Shown one piece after another: positions 43,508 to 52,578 of a DNA stretch of 55,008 nt. The stretch is from Candidatus Nomurabacteria bacterium (GTDB taxonomy: Bacteria > Patescibacteriota > Minisyncoccia > Phycocordibacterales > UBA9973), in contig CALRAL010000004.1 in assembly GCA_943350875.1 (NCBI GenBank), positions 1 through 55,008 on the forward strand. Direction: 5' to 3'. The position numbers were made by a program, and so were the translations under genes. Position 1 is the first letter of the stretch. Each line of letters starts with the position of its first letter. Below the pieces are notes generated by a model. It ran no database searches. It saw nothing but the letters and a program-made list of their open reading frames with translations, and was not told the DNA's origin.

Positions 43508-45805
43508 ATGGATAAAAATCAACCTGCCCGCCAAAATGGAGGGGCCAATATCTTTAAATTACATAGTCCATTTCAACCTAGCGGCGATCAGCCGAGTGCT
43601 ATTTCAAAGCTGATGGAAGGATTGAAAAAGGGGATGAAGAAACAAACATTGCTCGGAGCTACAGGTACAGGCAAGACTTTTACCATGGCAAATGTGATAG
43701 CTCAAAATAATAAGCCAACTTTGGTGATAGCTCACAACAAGACTCTCGCTGCTCAGCTAGCTCAAGAGTTTCGAGAATTCTTTCCAGAATCTGCGGTACA
43801 TTATTTTGTTTCTTATTATGATTATTATCAACCCGAAGCTTACATGCCTGCATCTGACACGTATATTGAAAAAGATGCGCAGATAAATAAAGAGATAGAC
43901 AGGCTTCGTCATGCATCCACACAGGCCTTGCTCACAAGGCGTGATGTCATAATTGTTGCTTCTGTATCTTGCATTTATGGACTCGGTTCTCCGGATGAGT
44001 ATGAGAAGGTAAATTTGAAACTTGAATCAGGAATGAAGATGGATCGTCTGACTTTGATGAAAAGGCTCATAAACATTCATTTTGAAAGGACAAATGCGGA
44101 TTTGAGCCCGGGGCAGTTTCGTTCTATTGGGGACAGAGTAGAATTTATGCCAGTTTCAGAAACACTAATGTATCAAGTTGAAATGAAACTTGGGAAAATT
44201 TCTAAAATTACAAAAGTTGACCCTATCTCTTCAAAGATTTTAGCAGAAGAGAAAAATTTGTTTGTTTTCCCAGCCAAACATTTCATAACCGAAGATAAAA
44301 AGAAAAAGATTGCTTTGGTAAATATTAAAAAAGAATTAGTGACTCAATTAAAGAAATTTGAGAAAGAGAAAAAGTTTCTTGAGGCAGAGCGTATAAAACG
44401 TAGGACAAATTATGATTTAGCGATGATAAAAGAAGTAGGGTATTGTAATGGTATTGAGAATTATTCACGACATTTGTCTGGCAAGAATGCTGGTGATCCA
44501 CCGGAGACGCTACTATCTTACTTCCCCTCCTTGTCGAGGAGGGGATTGAGGGGTGGTGATTTAGAAAAGAACCACCTCGCCCTAAAGGGCACTCCTCCTC
44601 AGAAAGGAGGAGATATTCCTGATTTCCTTACCATCATTGATGAATCGCATGTGACATTACCCCAACTTGGGGGAATGTACGCAGGGGATGTTTCGAGAAA
44701 AGAAACCCTTGTGGAATATGGTTTTCGCCTTCCTTCAGCAAAGGATAATAGACCGTTAAAATATAAAGAATTTGAGGAAAGGGTGGGGCAAGTGATTTAT
44801 ACGAGTGCTACTCCGAGCGATGTAGAAAGAAATACGAGTGAACAAATAGTGGAACAAATCATCCGCCCTACAGGATTAATTGATCCAGAAATAATTGTGA
44901 GACCGGTATCGGCGAAGAGTTATCCTTTCCGTCGCTCGCACTCCATCTTGGAAGGGCAAGAAAGTTCTGGTCGTAGCGAATACTCCTCCAAGGATAACTC
45001 TTCGCCTTACCTTGGCCAAATACAGGATTTCATTATAGAGGCAAAGAAAACTATTAAAAAAGGTTTTAGGGTTTTAGCTACGACACTGACAAAGAAAATG
45101 GCGGAAGATTTGTCAGTTTATTTGAAGGATAAAAAAATCAAGGCAGAGTATTTGCATAGTGATATAAAAACAATTGATAGGATAAAAATAATTACACAAT
45201 TACGAAAAGGAGAGTTTGACATTTTGGTGGGGGTGAACCTCTTGCGTGAAGGATTAGATTTACCTGAAATTGCTCTCATAGCTATTTTTGATGCAGACAA
45301 GGAAGGATTCTTAAGGTCAGAAACATCACTTATACAGACTATTGGACGTGCAGCGAGAAATGTAGAAGGAAAAGTTATTTTGTATGCTGATGTTATGACA
45401 AAGTCACTTGAGAAGGCAATAGGTGAGACAACTCGCAGGAGAAATATACAGATTGCTTACAATAAAAAACATAATATTACTCCGAAAACTATTATTAAAA
45501 ATATAAAAGACATAACAGAAGAAATGGAGAGCAAACATGGTAAAGCAGTAAATGCAGAACTTTTGCTCGATGTGGAGCTTTTCAAAAAAGCTTTTGCCAA
45601 AGACAAAAGCAATAAAGGTAAAAATGAATCAGATTCAATAAAGAATATGGCTCTTTCTGATGAAGATAGGAATAATCTGGTGTACGATAAAATAATAAAG
45701 ATAAAAGAAAAAGAAATGAATAAAGCAGTAAAAGAATTAGACTTCGAAACCGCCGCGATATTGCGGGATGAAATTGTTGTATTAAAAAAGAAATTAGAAA
45801 ATTAA
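43508..45805 (+). CDS. uvrB: Excinuclease ABC subunit B
   Basis: LLGATGTGKTFTMANVI, YYDYYQPEAY, GIENYSRHLSG, DESHVTLPQ, and the C-terminal UVR motif FETAAILRDEI. Confidence 0.95.
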   Translation: MDKNQPARQNGGANIFKLHSPFQPSGDQPSAISKLMEGLKKGMKKQTLLGATGTGKTFTMANVIAQNNKPTLVIAHNKTLAAQLAQEFREFFPESAVHYFVSYYDYYQPEAYMPASDTYIEKDAQINKEIDRLRHASTQALLTRRDVIIVASVSCIYGLGSPDEYEKVNLKLESGMKMDRLTLMKRLINIHFERTNADLSPGQFRSIGDRVEFMPVSETLMYQVEMKLGKISKITKVDPISSKILAEEKNLFVFPAKHFITEDKKKKIALVNIKKELVTQLKKFEKEKKFLEAERIKRRTNYDLAMIKEVGYCNGIENYSRHLSGKNAGDPPETLLSYFPSLSRRGLRGGDLEKNHLALKGTPPQKGGDIPDFLTIIDESHVTLPQLGGMYAGDVSRKETLVEYGFRLPSAKDNRPLKYKEFEERVGQVIYTSATPSDVERNTSEQIVEQIIRPTGLIDPEIIVRPVSAKSYPFRRSHSILEGQESSGRSEYSSKDNSSPYLGQIQDFIIEAKKTIKKGFRVLATTLTKKMAEDLSVYLKDKKIKAEYLHSDIKTIDRIKIITQLRKGEFDILVGVNLLREGLDLPEIALIAIFDADKEGFLRSETSLIQTIGRAARNVEGKVILYADVMTKSLEKAIGETTRRRNIQIAYNKKHNITPKTIIKNIKDITEEMESKHGKAVNAELLLDVELFKKAFAKDKSNKGKNESDSIKNMALSDEDRNNLVYDKIIKIKEKEMNKAVKELDFETAAILRDEIVVLKKKLEN
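44524..44612. repeat. Modular GC-rich multi-hairpin element (89 nt) in frame in uvrB
   Basis: CCCCTCC-ttgtcga-GGAGGGG; GGTGGT..ACCACC; GCCC-taaa-GGGC; CTCCTCC-tcagaaa-GGAGGAG. It lies between the ETLLSYFP and DFLTIIDESH blocks. Confidence 0.75.
44911..45006. repeat. 96-nt (32-codon) palindromic element in frame in uvrB
   Basis: Perfect 17-bp terminal inverted repeats: GGCGAAGAGTTATCCTT (44911-44927) and AAGGATAACTCTTCGCC (44990-45006). Confidence 0.85.
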
Positions 45806-45952
45806 ATAACTTTTTGCTATAGTGTATCGATATACACCCCCTAAGAATAAGGCGGGGTGTGAATGTGTTATATATGGATATAGACCCCGCAAGAATTTTC
45901 CAGATAGCTTATGGGGTTATGTAATAGTAAAGTATTAAATAATATTAATTAT

Positions 45953-48682
45953 ATGAGTAAAAAAGAAGAAAATTCAAACGGGGCAAGTAAAATAATAGTA
46001 AAAGGGGCTCGTACGCACAACCTCAAGAATATAAATGTCGAAATGCCAAGAAATAAAATGCTAGTTATTACTGGTGTATCTGGGAGCGGTAAGTCATCCC
46101 TTGCCTTTGACACCATCTTTGCTGAAGGACAGAGGAGGTATGTGGAGAGTTTGTCTTCTTATGCGAGGCAATTTTTAAATCAAATGCCAAAACCTGATGT
46201 GGATGAGATAACAGGCCTCTCCCCGGCTATATCTATCGATCAGAAATCAAGGTCAAATAATCCACGTTCGACGGTGGCAACGATTACAGAGATATATGAT
46301 TATCTGCGTGTGATGTATGCGCGCATCGGGCACCCACACTGTCCCATCTGCGGGGAAGAAATAAAAAAACTTTCCAATGAAGAAATTTTAAATTTTGTCC
46401 TCGAAAAGGTCAAGAATTTCGAGAAGAAAAATTTTTCTGGCTTGACCCTTCCCGGAGTACTGGGTGGGACCCACACCATTCAAAATTCTTCCTCTCGAAA
46501 TTCTAAAAACAAAAAGAAAGTGATGGGAGTAGAATGGGATGAAACAGAGATAAATATTTTTGCGCCCGTGGTGAGGGGAAGAAAGGGTGAATATTATCAA
46601 CTTCTTTATGATTTGCTTGGGAAAGGTTTCTCTGAAATTCGTCTAGATGGAGCTATGAAGAAACTCCGTGACAGAGTCGTCTTGTCTAAGACCAAAGCGC
46701 ATAATATCGATGTATTGGTGGATAGTTTTATGATACATGAATTTAATGACGATAAAGAAGCGAGTAGGATGCGCCTTGCTGAGGCCATAGAGCGTGCGTT
46801 ACTCGAGTCAGATGGATTAGTATCTATAAAAATAGATAAAGAAGAGTTTATTGTGTCTGCAAAATTCGCATGTAAGAATGATGGGTTTTCTTTTCCTGAA
46901 ATAGAGCCGAGACTTTTTTCTTTTAACTCTCCATATGGGGCATGTACTACTTGTAATGGACTTGGTACCAAATATTTTGGTGGAGATGAACCGTGTGACC
47001 TATGTCATGGAGCACGTCTTCGCTCTGAAGCATTAAATGTATTTCTTACGACCTCCCGCCCAGACCTAGGGTCAAATAATAAAAAAGAAAAGTCCCTAGG
47101 TCTGGGCGGGCATGGTCTAAATATTCTCGATATTGCTTCTTTGTCTATAAAAGATGCATGTGATTTCTTCAAAAGTTTAAAACTTTCCGAAAAAGAAAAA
47201 GAAATATCATTGCCAGTGGTACGTGAGATAGAAGACAGACTACAATTCATGCTTGATGTAGGACTCGACTACTTACAACTTTCCCGTAAAGCGAATACAC
47301 TCTCAGGGGGGGAGGCGCAACGTATTCGCCTCGCTTCGCAACTTGGTTCACGCCTCGTCGGTGCGTTGTATGTACTCGATGAGCCGACGATAGGTCTGCA
47401 TCAGCGAGATAATGATAGATTAATAAAAACTTTGTTAAATTTGAGAGATTTAGGCAATACTATTTTGATAGTTGAGCATGATGAAGATACTATCTACGCT
47501 TCTGATTATATTGTGGATATTGGTCCAAAAGCCGGAGTACACGGTGGAGAAGTTATAGTGTCTGGAGATTTGTCTGATTTACTAACTGCCAGGAAGAATA
47601 CGAGTAATTCTAGAACGCTCGGGTATTTACGTGAAGAGTTAAAAATAGAAACTCCAGAAAAGCGTCGTGAAGCTAAAGGAGTTCTCCGAATAGCTGGAGG
47701 AAAAGTTTTCAATATTAAAAATATGAATGTAGAAGTTCCTCTCGGGGTGATGACATCTATTACAGGAGTATCTGGATCAGGTAAAAGCTCTTTGATGTAT
47801 GAGATTTTATATAAGAATCTACAAGCACGACTCGAACGACAATACCGCACGGCCAAGATATTTAATTGTAGTTCTTTTTCCGGTACAGAATATTTATCAC
47901 GGGCTATTTTGATTGATCAGTCCCCAATAGGGAGGACCCCAAGGTCAAACATAGCTACATATACTGGTGCTTTTACCCATATACGTGATTTATTTGCTAC
48001 TACAGAAGAAGCTCGATTGCGAGGGTGGAAGGCAAACCGTTTTTCTTTCAATGTGAAAGGTGGACGCTGTGAAGCCTGTGAGGGGAATGGGGAAATAGCT
48101 GTGGAGATGCATTTCTTGCCGACTGTATATGTGACCTGTGATGTATGTAATGGAAAAAGATTTGATAAAGAAACATTAACAGTAAAATATAAAAAGAAAA
48201 ATATTCATGAAGTTTTACATATGACAGTAGAAAATGGGCTTATCTTCTTTAAAGATATTCCTGCTATTTCTGATAGATTGCAGACTCTTTTTGATGTAGG
48301 ACTCGGGTATCTAGAGCTTGGGCAGTCTGCGACGACACTCTCAGGAGGAGAAGCTCAACGTGTAAAAATATCTAGTGAGCTCTATCGTCCACACTTAGAA
48401 AAAACTATTTATCTGCTCGATGAGCCGACAGTGGGGCTACATTATGATGATGTAGTTAAACTTTTAGAAGTTTTAAATAAACTTGTATCAAAAGGGAATA
48501 CTGTGGTGCTTATTGAACATAATTTGGATATAATAAAAAGTTCTGATCATATAATAGATATTGGGCCTGAAGGAGGAGTGCATGGTGGGAATTTGGTTGC
48601 CAAAGGCACACCCGAAGAAGTAGCTAGTAATGCCAAAAGTTATACTGGGAAATATCTTAAAAAAGCTCTACGAACCAAGTAG
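45953..48682 (+). CDS. uvrA: Excinuclease ABC subunit A
   Basis: [46 protein letters not shown], a second ABC module [10 protein letters not shown]...[10 protein letters not shown], and zinc-finger cysteines. The ATG at 45953 (MSKKEEN) is preferred over the track start at 45911. Confidence 0.95.
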   Translation: MSKKEENSNGASKIIVKGARTHNLKNINVEMPRNKMLVITGVSGSGKSSLAFDTIFAEGQRRYVESLSSYARQFLNQMPKPDVDEITGLSPAISIDQKSRSNNPRSTVATITEIYDYLRVMYARIGHPHCPICGEEIKKLSNEEILNFVLEKVKNFEKKNFSGLTLPGVLGGTHTIQNSSSRNSKNKKKVMGVEWDETEINIFAPVVRGRKGEYYQLLYDLLGKGFSEIRLDGAMKKLRDRVVLSKTKAHNIDVLVDSFMIHEFNDDKEASRMRLAEAIERALLESDGLVSIKIDKEEFIVSAKFACKNDGFSFPEIEPRLFSFNSPYGACTTCNGLGTKYFGGDEPCDLCHGARLRSEALNVFLTTSRPDLGSNNKKEKSLGLGGHGLNILDIASLSIKDACDFFKSLKLSEKEKEISLPVVREIEDRLQFMLDVGLDYLQLSRKANTLSGGEAQRIRLASQLGSRLVGALYVLDEPTIGLHQRDNDRLIKTLLNLRDLGNTILIVEHDEDTIYASDYIVDIGPKAGVHGGEVIVSGDLSDLLTARKNTSNSRTLGYLREELKIETPEKRREAKGVLRIAGGKVFNIKNMNVEVPLGVMTSITGVSGSGKSSLMYEILYKNLQARLERQYRTAKIFNCSSFSGTEYLSRAILIDQSPIGRTPRSNIATYTGAFTHIRDLFATTEEARLRGWKANRFSFNVKGGRCEACEGNGEIAVEMHFLPTVYVTCDVCNGKRFDKETLTVKYKKKNIHEVLHMTVENGLIFFKDIPAISDRLQTLFDVGLGYLELGQSATTLSGGEAQRVKISSELYRPHLEKTIYLLDEPTVGLHYDDVVKLLEVLNKLVSKGNTVVLIEHNLDIIKSSDHIIDIGPEGGVHGGNLVAKGTPEEVASNAKSYTGKYLKKALRTK
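47055..47110. repeat. Hairpin element with perfect 17-bp arms inside uvrA
   Basis: CCCGCCCAGACCTAGGG (47055-47071), a 22-nt A-rich loop, then CCCTAGGTCTGGGCGGG (47094-47110). Confidence 0.85.
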
Positions 48683-48709
48683 GTGATTTTGTTAAATCAA
48701 ATATTTTTT

Positions 48710-50011
48710 ATGAAAATAGAATCTCTAAAAAAATTTAAAATGCCTGATAGGCCTGGGGTGTATTTCTTTAAGAGGTATAAGGAGATTTTATATATTGGTA
48801 AAGCCACATCACTTAAAGATAGAGTGAAAAGCTATTTTGGTAAGGACCCCGAAGGAAAGCAAGCTTCCTACGGGGCAGGTTTGATTGAGAGTAGAGGACC
48901 TCTTATTGTGAAGATGGTCCAAGAGACAAATAGGATATATTGGCAGGAGACAGATAGTGTACTTGAGGCGCTTATTTTAGAGGCGAATTTGATAAAAAAA
49001 TATCAGCCAAAATATAACACAAAAGAAAAGTCTGATAAAAGTTTTAACTATGTTTGCATAACAGATGAAGAAATACCGAAGGTTATAATAATTCGTGGAA
49101 ATAATTTATCTTCCCATGTTACAAATACATTCGGGCCATTCCCGAATACTTCTCAACTCAGAGAAGCACTAAGGATAGTAAGAAAAATATTTCCATTTTT
49201 GGATGATAAAAGCAAGAATTATTTGGAGTTTTATAAACAAATAAATTTAGTACCTGATTTGGATGATAAAAAATTGTACTTGCAAAATATAAGAAATATT
49301 AAATTATTCTTTTCCGGCAAGAAAAAACAGATTTTAAAGAATTTGCAGAAAGAAATGAAAGAATATGCAAAAAAGTATGAATTTGAAAAAGCAGGTGAAA
49401 TAAAAAGGCAACTTTTTGCACTCAAACACATAAATGATGTAGCACTATTAAAAACCAGTAGCTTTGCAGATAATAAAATTTTTGATCCTGCGCCCTTCTT
49501 TGGGCGCATTGAAGGGAACAAAGTGGGACCCTCGGATACAAAAATTTCATTATCTGCTTCGCTATCACGTATTGAGGCGTATGACGTCGCTCATATGGGA
49601 GGGAAAAATATGGTAGGAGTTATGACTGTAGTTATAAACGGAGAAGTAGAAAAAAGTGAGTACAAAAAATTCAGAATCAGAACTCAAAATGATGCAAACG
49701 ACACAGGAGCTTTGAAAGAGATTTTAGAAAGACGTTTTGCACACAGAGAATGGGCTTATCCAAGCTTGATAGTTGTGGACGGGAGTATTGCTCAGATAAA
49801 TGTCACTAAAAGTATTTTAAATAAAATGAGTGTAAAAATACCAATAGTAGGAGTTGTAAAAGACGAGCGCCATAAACCAAAAGCAATTCAGGGTGATGAA
49901 GTGATAATTAAAAAATATAAAAGAGAAATCTTACTTGCAAATAGTGAAGCACATAGATTTGCAATTTCTTATCATAAGAAAACATGTTCTAAAAACTTTT
50001 TAAATATATGA
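48710..50011 (+). CDS. uvrC: Excinuclease ABC subunit C (short form, apparently lacking the C-terminal HhH2 domain)
   Basis: GIY-YIG N-terminus (PGVYFFKRYKEILYIGKATSLKDRV...YN), UVR domain (YEFEKAGEIKRQLFALKHI), and endonuclease domain (RIEAYDVAHMGG). The ATG at 48710 is preferred. Confidence 0.88.
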   Translation: MKIESLKKFKMPDRPGVYFFKRYKEILYIGKATSLKDRVKSYFGKDPEGKQASYGAGLIESRGPLIVKMVQETNRIYWQETDSVLEALILEANLIKKYQPKYNTKEKSDKSFNYVCITDEEIPKVIIIRGNNLSSHVTNTFGPFPNTSQLREALRIVRKIFPFLDDKSKNYLEFYKQINLVPDLDDKKLYLQNIRNIKLFFSGKKKQILKNLQKEMKEYAKKYEFEKAGEIKRQLFALKHINDVALLKTSSFADNKIFDPAPFFGRIEGNKVGPSDTKISLSASLSRIEAYDVAHMGGKNMVGVMTVVINGEVEKSEYKKFRIRTQNDANDTGALKEILERRFAHREWAYPSLIVVDGSIAQINVTKSILNKMSVKIPIVGVVKDERHKPKAIQGDEVIIKKYKREILLANSEAHRFAISYHKKTCSKNFLNI

Positions 50012-50508
50012 AAAAAGAAAATACAAAAGAGAATATAGTTATATTGCATGATATACGAAGCGTGGAGAATGTGGGGGCGATGTTTCGCACGTCTGATGCT
50101 GTAGGTATAGATAAAATATACATTACTGGATATACGCCGACACCGCTAGATAGGTTTGGCAGGAAAAGGGGAGACTTGGCAAAATCAGCATTGGGGGCCG
50201 AGGAGTTCGTGCTTTGGGAGCAGAAGAAGATGGTGTGTCCTCTAATTGCTAAATTAAAACGGGATGGGTTTACTGTTATTGCCATTGAGCAAGATGAAAA
50301 ATCAGTAGACTATAAAAAAATTTCCGCCAAAGGCGGACCAGCCTATGGCTGGAAAAAACTGGCTTTCATCATGGGCAATGAAGTTTCTGGAATTCCTGAA
50401 AATATTTTAAAAAAATGTGACATCATCGCTGAAATTCCGATGCGAGGCAAAAAGGAATCACTGAATGTTTCTGTCGCGCTTGGGGTTGTTTTATTCGCAG
50501 TATTATAA
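50008..50508 (+). CDS. SpoU/TrmH-family RNA 2'-O-methyltransferase
   Basis: NVGAMFRTSDAVG, FIMGNEVSGI, IPMRGKKESLNVSVALGVVLF (SPOUT motifs). Confidence 0.8.
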   Translation: MKKENTKENIVILHDIRSVENVGAMFRTSDAVGIDKIYITGYTPTPLDRFGRKRGDLAKSALGAEEFVLWEQKKMVCPLIAKLKRDGFTVIAIEQDEKSVDYKKISAKGGPAYGWKKLAFIMGNEVSGIPENILKKCDIIAEIPMRGKKESLNVSVALGVVLFAVL

Positions 50509-50596
50509 TTTTAGAGCACGGATATTTTTTTGCTAAAAAATTCCTCGTGCTCGCGCTAGTCGCGCTCCCAAGTCTCTAAAATCATAATACTGCGAA
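50494..50596 (+). repeat. Stop-codon-anchored hairpin element, divergent relative (23-bp arms, 1 mismatch)
   Basis: Arms ttcgcagtattataattttagag (50494-50516) and ctctaaaatcataatactgcgaa (50574-50596). The core cacggatatttttttgctaaaaaattcct... resembles the copy 1 core. The left arm contains the last codons and stop of the TrmH-family gene. Confidence 0.7.
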
Positions 50597-50605
50597 TATC
50601 TAATA

Positions 50606-50709
50606 GCTGAGGGTAATACTTTTGCAGGGGTTTTGAGCTCGACGGAGCGAAAACTTCAGGATTTTTTAAGCTTCAAAAAATCCGTACCGTAAAAAGTATT
50701 AGCCTAAGC
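50606..50709 (-). repeat. Stop-codon-anchored hairpin element, copy 2 (minus orientation)
   Basis: Read on the minus strand, the 50624-50690 core equals the copy 1 core except inside hairpin 2. Arms at 50606-50623 and 50692-50709 (18 bp, 2 mismatches). It starts at the mutM stop codon. Confidence 0.85.
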
Positions 50710-51653
50710 TATTTCTGGTGTGAATCACAAAAATGTGTACTTCTGCTATTGATAATTTTTCTTTTTATCGTGCCAGTACAATCTTTTTTCTGACATTTTT
50801 CTCCAGCTCTTTGGTAAGCTTTATGATGGAGTTGGAATTTACCTCGCAGTCCATAAATATTCCTATAATCTGACATAGAATCTCCACCAAAATCTATGCC
50901 TTTTGAAAGTGTTTCTTTTATTGCCTTTAACATCAATATCATTTCTTTTCCTGTGATTTTTGAAGCGGGTCTTTCAGGATGTACTCCTATGCGCCACAAT
51001 ATCTCGTCTGAATAGATGTTACCTATTCCGGCTATCACAGACTGGTCCATCAATACTGTTTTTGTTTTACCTTTTGGTTTTTTTGATAGACATTTTTTTA
51101 ATTCTTTTAAATCAAAACTTTTTAAAAGCGGTTCCGGACCAATGCCGTCTAAATGTTTACTTTCGTGCATAGTTTTTGTATCTAGTGTTGTTATCTTGCC
51201 GAATTTTCTAGTATCACAGAAAACTAAATGTTTACCATTGGATAAAATAAAAACAAAATGTATAAATCTGTTATAAGGGTCATGTAAGGGGGTCTTTTCT
51301 CCGTCAGGTATCCAAAAAGGACGGTCCTTTAGAGAGCCTCCCCAAGGACCGTCCTTAAAGAGCCCAAATTTGTATTTTCCATACAGCAAATGCCCAGTCA
51401 TCTTCATATGAACCAGAATAGTCTTTTGATTACTCAAATTTATTAGTATATTTTTCGCTCTCCTTTCTGCACTAATTATTTTCTTTCCAGTTACTTCTTT
51501 TTTGAAAAATTTAAAATACTTTGTATTTGCAACAGTGTCGTTTTTCCTTTTATCTTTAGTATTTAAATCAGTCCAGACATCTTTAATGGTGAGTCCTACG
51601 ACTTCCTTTCTTAAACCTCTCGTAGTTGTCTCTACTTCTGGTAGTTCTGGCAT
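50709..51653 (-). CDS. mutM: Formamidopyrimidine-DNA glycosylase (Fpg/MutM)
   Basis: MPELPEVETT N-terminus, H2TH region, C-terminal zinc finger CQKKDCTGTIKRKIINSRSTHFC. Confidence 0.9.
   Translation of the reverse strand: MPELPEVETTTRGLRKEVVGLTIKDVWTDLNTKDKRKNDTVANTKYFKFFKKEVTGKKIISAERRAKNILINLSNQKTILVHMKMTGHLLYGKYKFGLFKDGPWGGSLKDRPFWIPDGEKTPLHDPYNRFIHFVFILSNGKHLVFCDTRKFGKITTLDTKTMHESKHLDGIGPEPLLKSFDLKELKKCLSKKPKGKTKTVLMDQSVIAGIGNIYSDEILWRIGVHPERPASKITGKEMILMLKAIKETLSKGIDFGGDSMSDYRNIYGLRGKFQLHHKAYQRAGEKCQKKDCTGTIKRKIINSRSTHFCDSHQK
51316..51356. repeat. Two AAGGAC-N-GTCCTT palindromes in frame in mutM
   Basis: AAAGGAC-g-GTCCTTT (51316-51330) and AAGGAC-c-GTCCTT (51344-51356). Encodes part of FKDGPWGGSLKDRPFW. 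Confidence 0.75.
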
Positions 51654-51662
51654 AGTATTTTT

Positions 51663-52256
51663 TTACCTGCCTTTGGCATGGCCCCCTAGTATTTTTAATG
51701 CTTCTTTTATTCTGGTGTTTGTATTTCCGTTTAGTGAAACTTTCTTTAATGCTTCACGGGCTTCATTTTGAGAATACCCAAGAGATTTCAATGCTTCGAG
51801 AGCGTCCATCTCACCTTGTAGGGAATGACCTTCCTTTTCTTCTCCTATTTTATCTCTTAATTCTATTACTATTTTTTCTGCTGTTTTTCTGCCAATACCA
51901 GAGACTTTTGTCAGATATGAAGTGTCTCCCGTACTTATAGCTTTTTTCAATGTCTCTATAGAAGTGATACCCAATATTGCTAAAGCTGACTTTGGGCCTA
52001 TACCAGATACATTTATGAGCATCTCGAAAAATTCTAATTCCTTTCTTTCTAAAAATCCGTATAAATCTAGCACATCTTCTCGTACATGGGTGTGGATATA
52101 AAAAAATGCTTCTTTATTTTTACCCGAGGCTAACCCTAGGGAAATTCGAGATAGAGTATCTGGAGAAATGCTAACCTTGTATCCAACTCCGCCAGTTTCT
52201 AGTATCAAAAACTTGTCCGTTTTTAGTATTATTTTCCCTTTTAAACTTCCGATCAT
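51663..52256 (-). CDS. ruvA: Holliday junction DNA helicase subunit RuvA
   Basis: MIGSLKGKI start. HhH motifs (VSGIGPKSALAIL and VSGIGRKTAEKIV). Confidence 0.9.
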   Translation of the reverse strand: MIGSLKGKIILKTDKFLILETGGVGYKVSISPDTLSRISLGLASGKNKEAFFYIHTHVREDVLDLYGFLERKELEFFEMLINVSGIGPKSALAILGITSIETLKKAISTGDTSYLTKVSGIGRKTAEKIVIELRDKIGEEKEGHSLQGEMDALEALKSLGYSQNEAREALKKVSLNGNTNTRIKEALKILGGHAKGR

Positions 52257-52326
52257 AAGTTGATTATAGCACAGGTATATTTATTGTGAGTTTGCGTTTT
52301 TTACATATTTTTGTTATCTTTAACCT

Positions 52327-52578
52327 ATGCCAATAATTAAATCAGCTAAAAAAGCTATCCGTGTGTCTTTACGCAAAAAGGCTATAAATGACAGCCGAAA
52401 GCGTGCGATGAAAGATATAATCAAGAAAATAGAGAAAACTGTAAAAACAGACAAATCTGAAGCGGTTAAGATGCTTTCTACTGCTTTTCAGACTATAGAT
52501 AAAGCATATAAGAGGGGGGTTATTAAGAAAAATAACGCTGCTAACAAGAAATCACGTTTATCAAAGTTGGTTAGATAG
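52327..52578 (+). CDS. rpsT: 30S ribosomal protein S20
   Basis: MPIIKSAKKAIRVSLRKKAINDSRKRAMK, a basic 83-aa protein. Confidence 0.88.
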   Translation: MPIIKSAKKAIRVSLRKKAINDSRKRAMKDIIKKIEKTVKTDKSEAVKMLSTAFQTIDKAYKRGVIKKNNAANKKSRLSKLVR

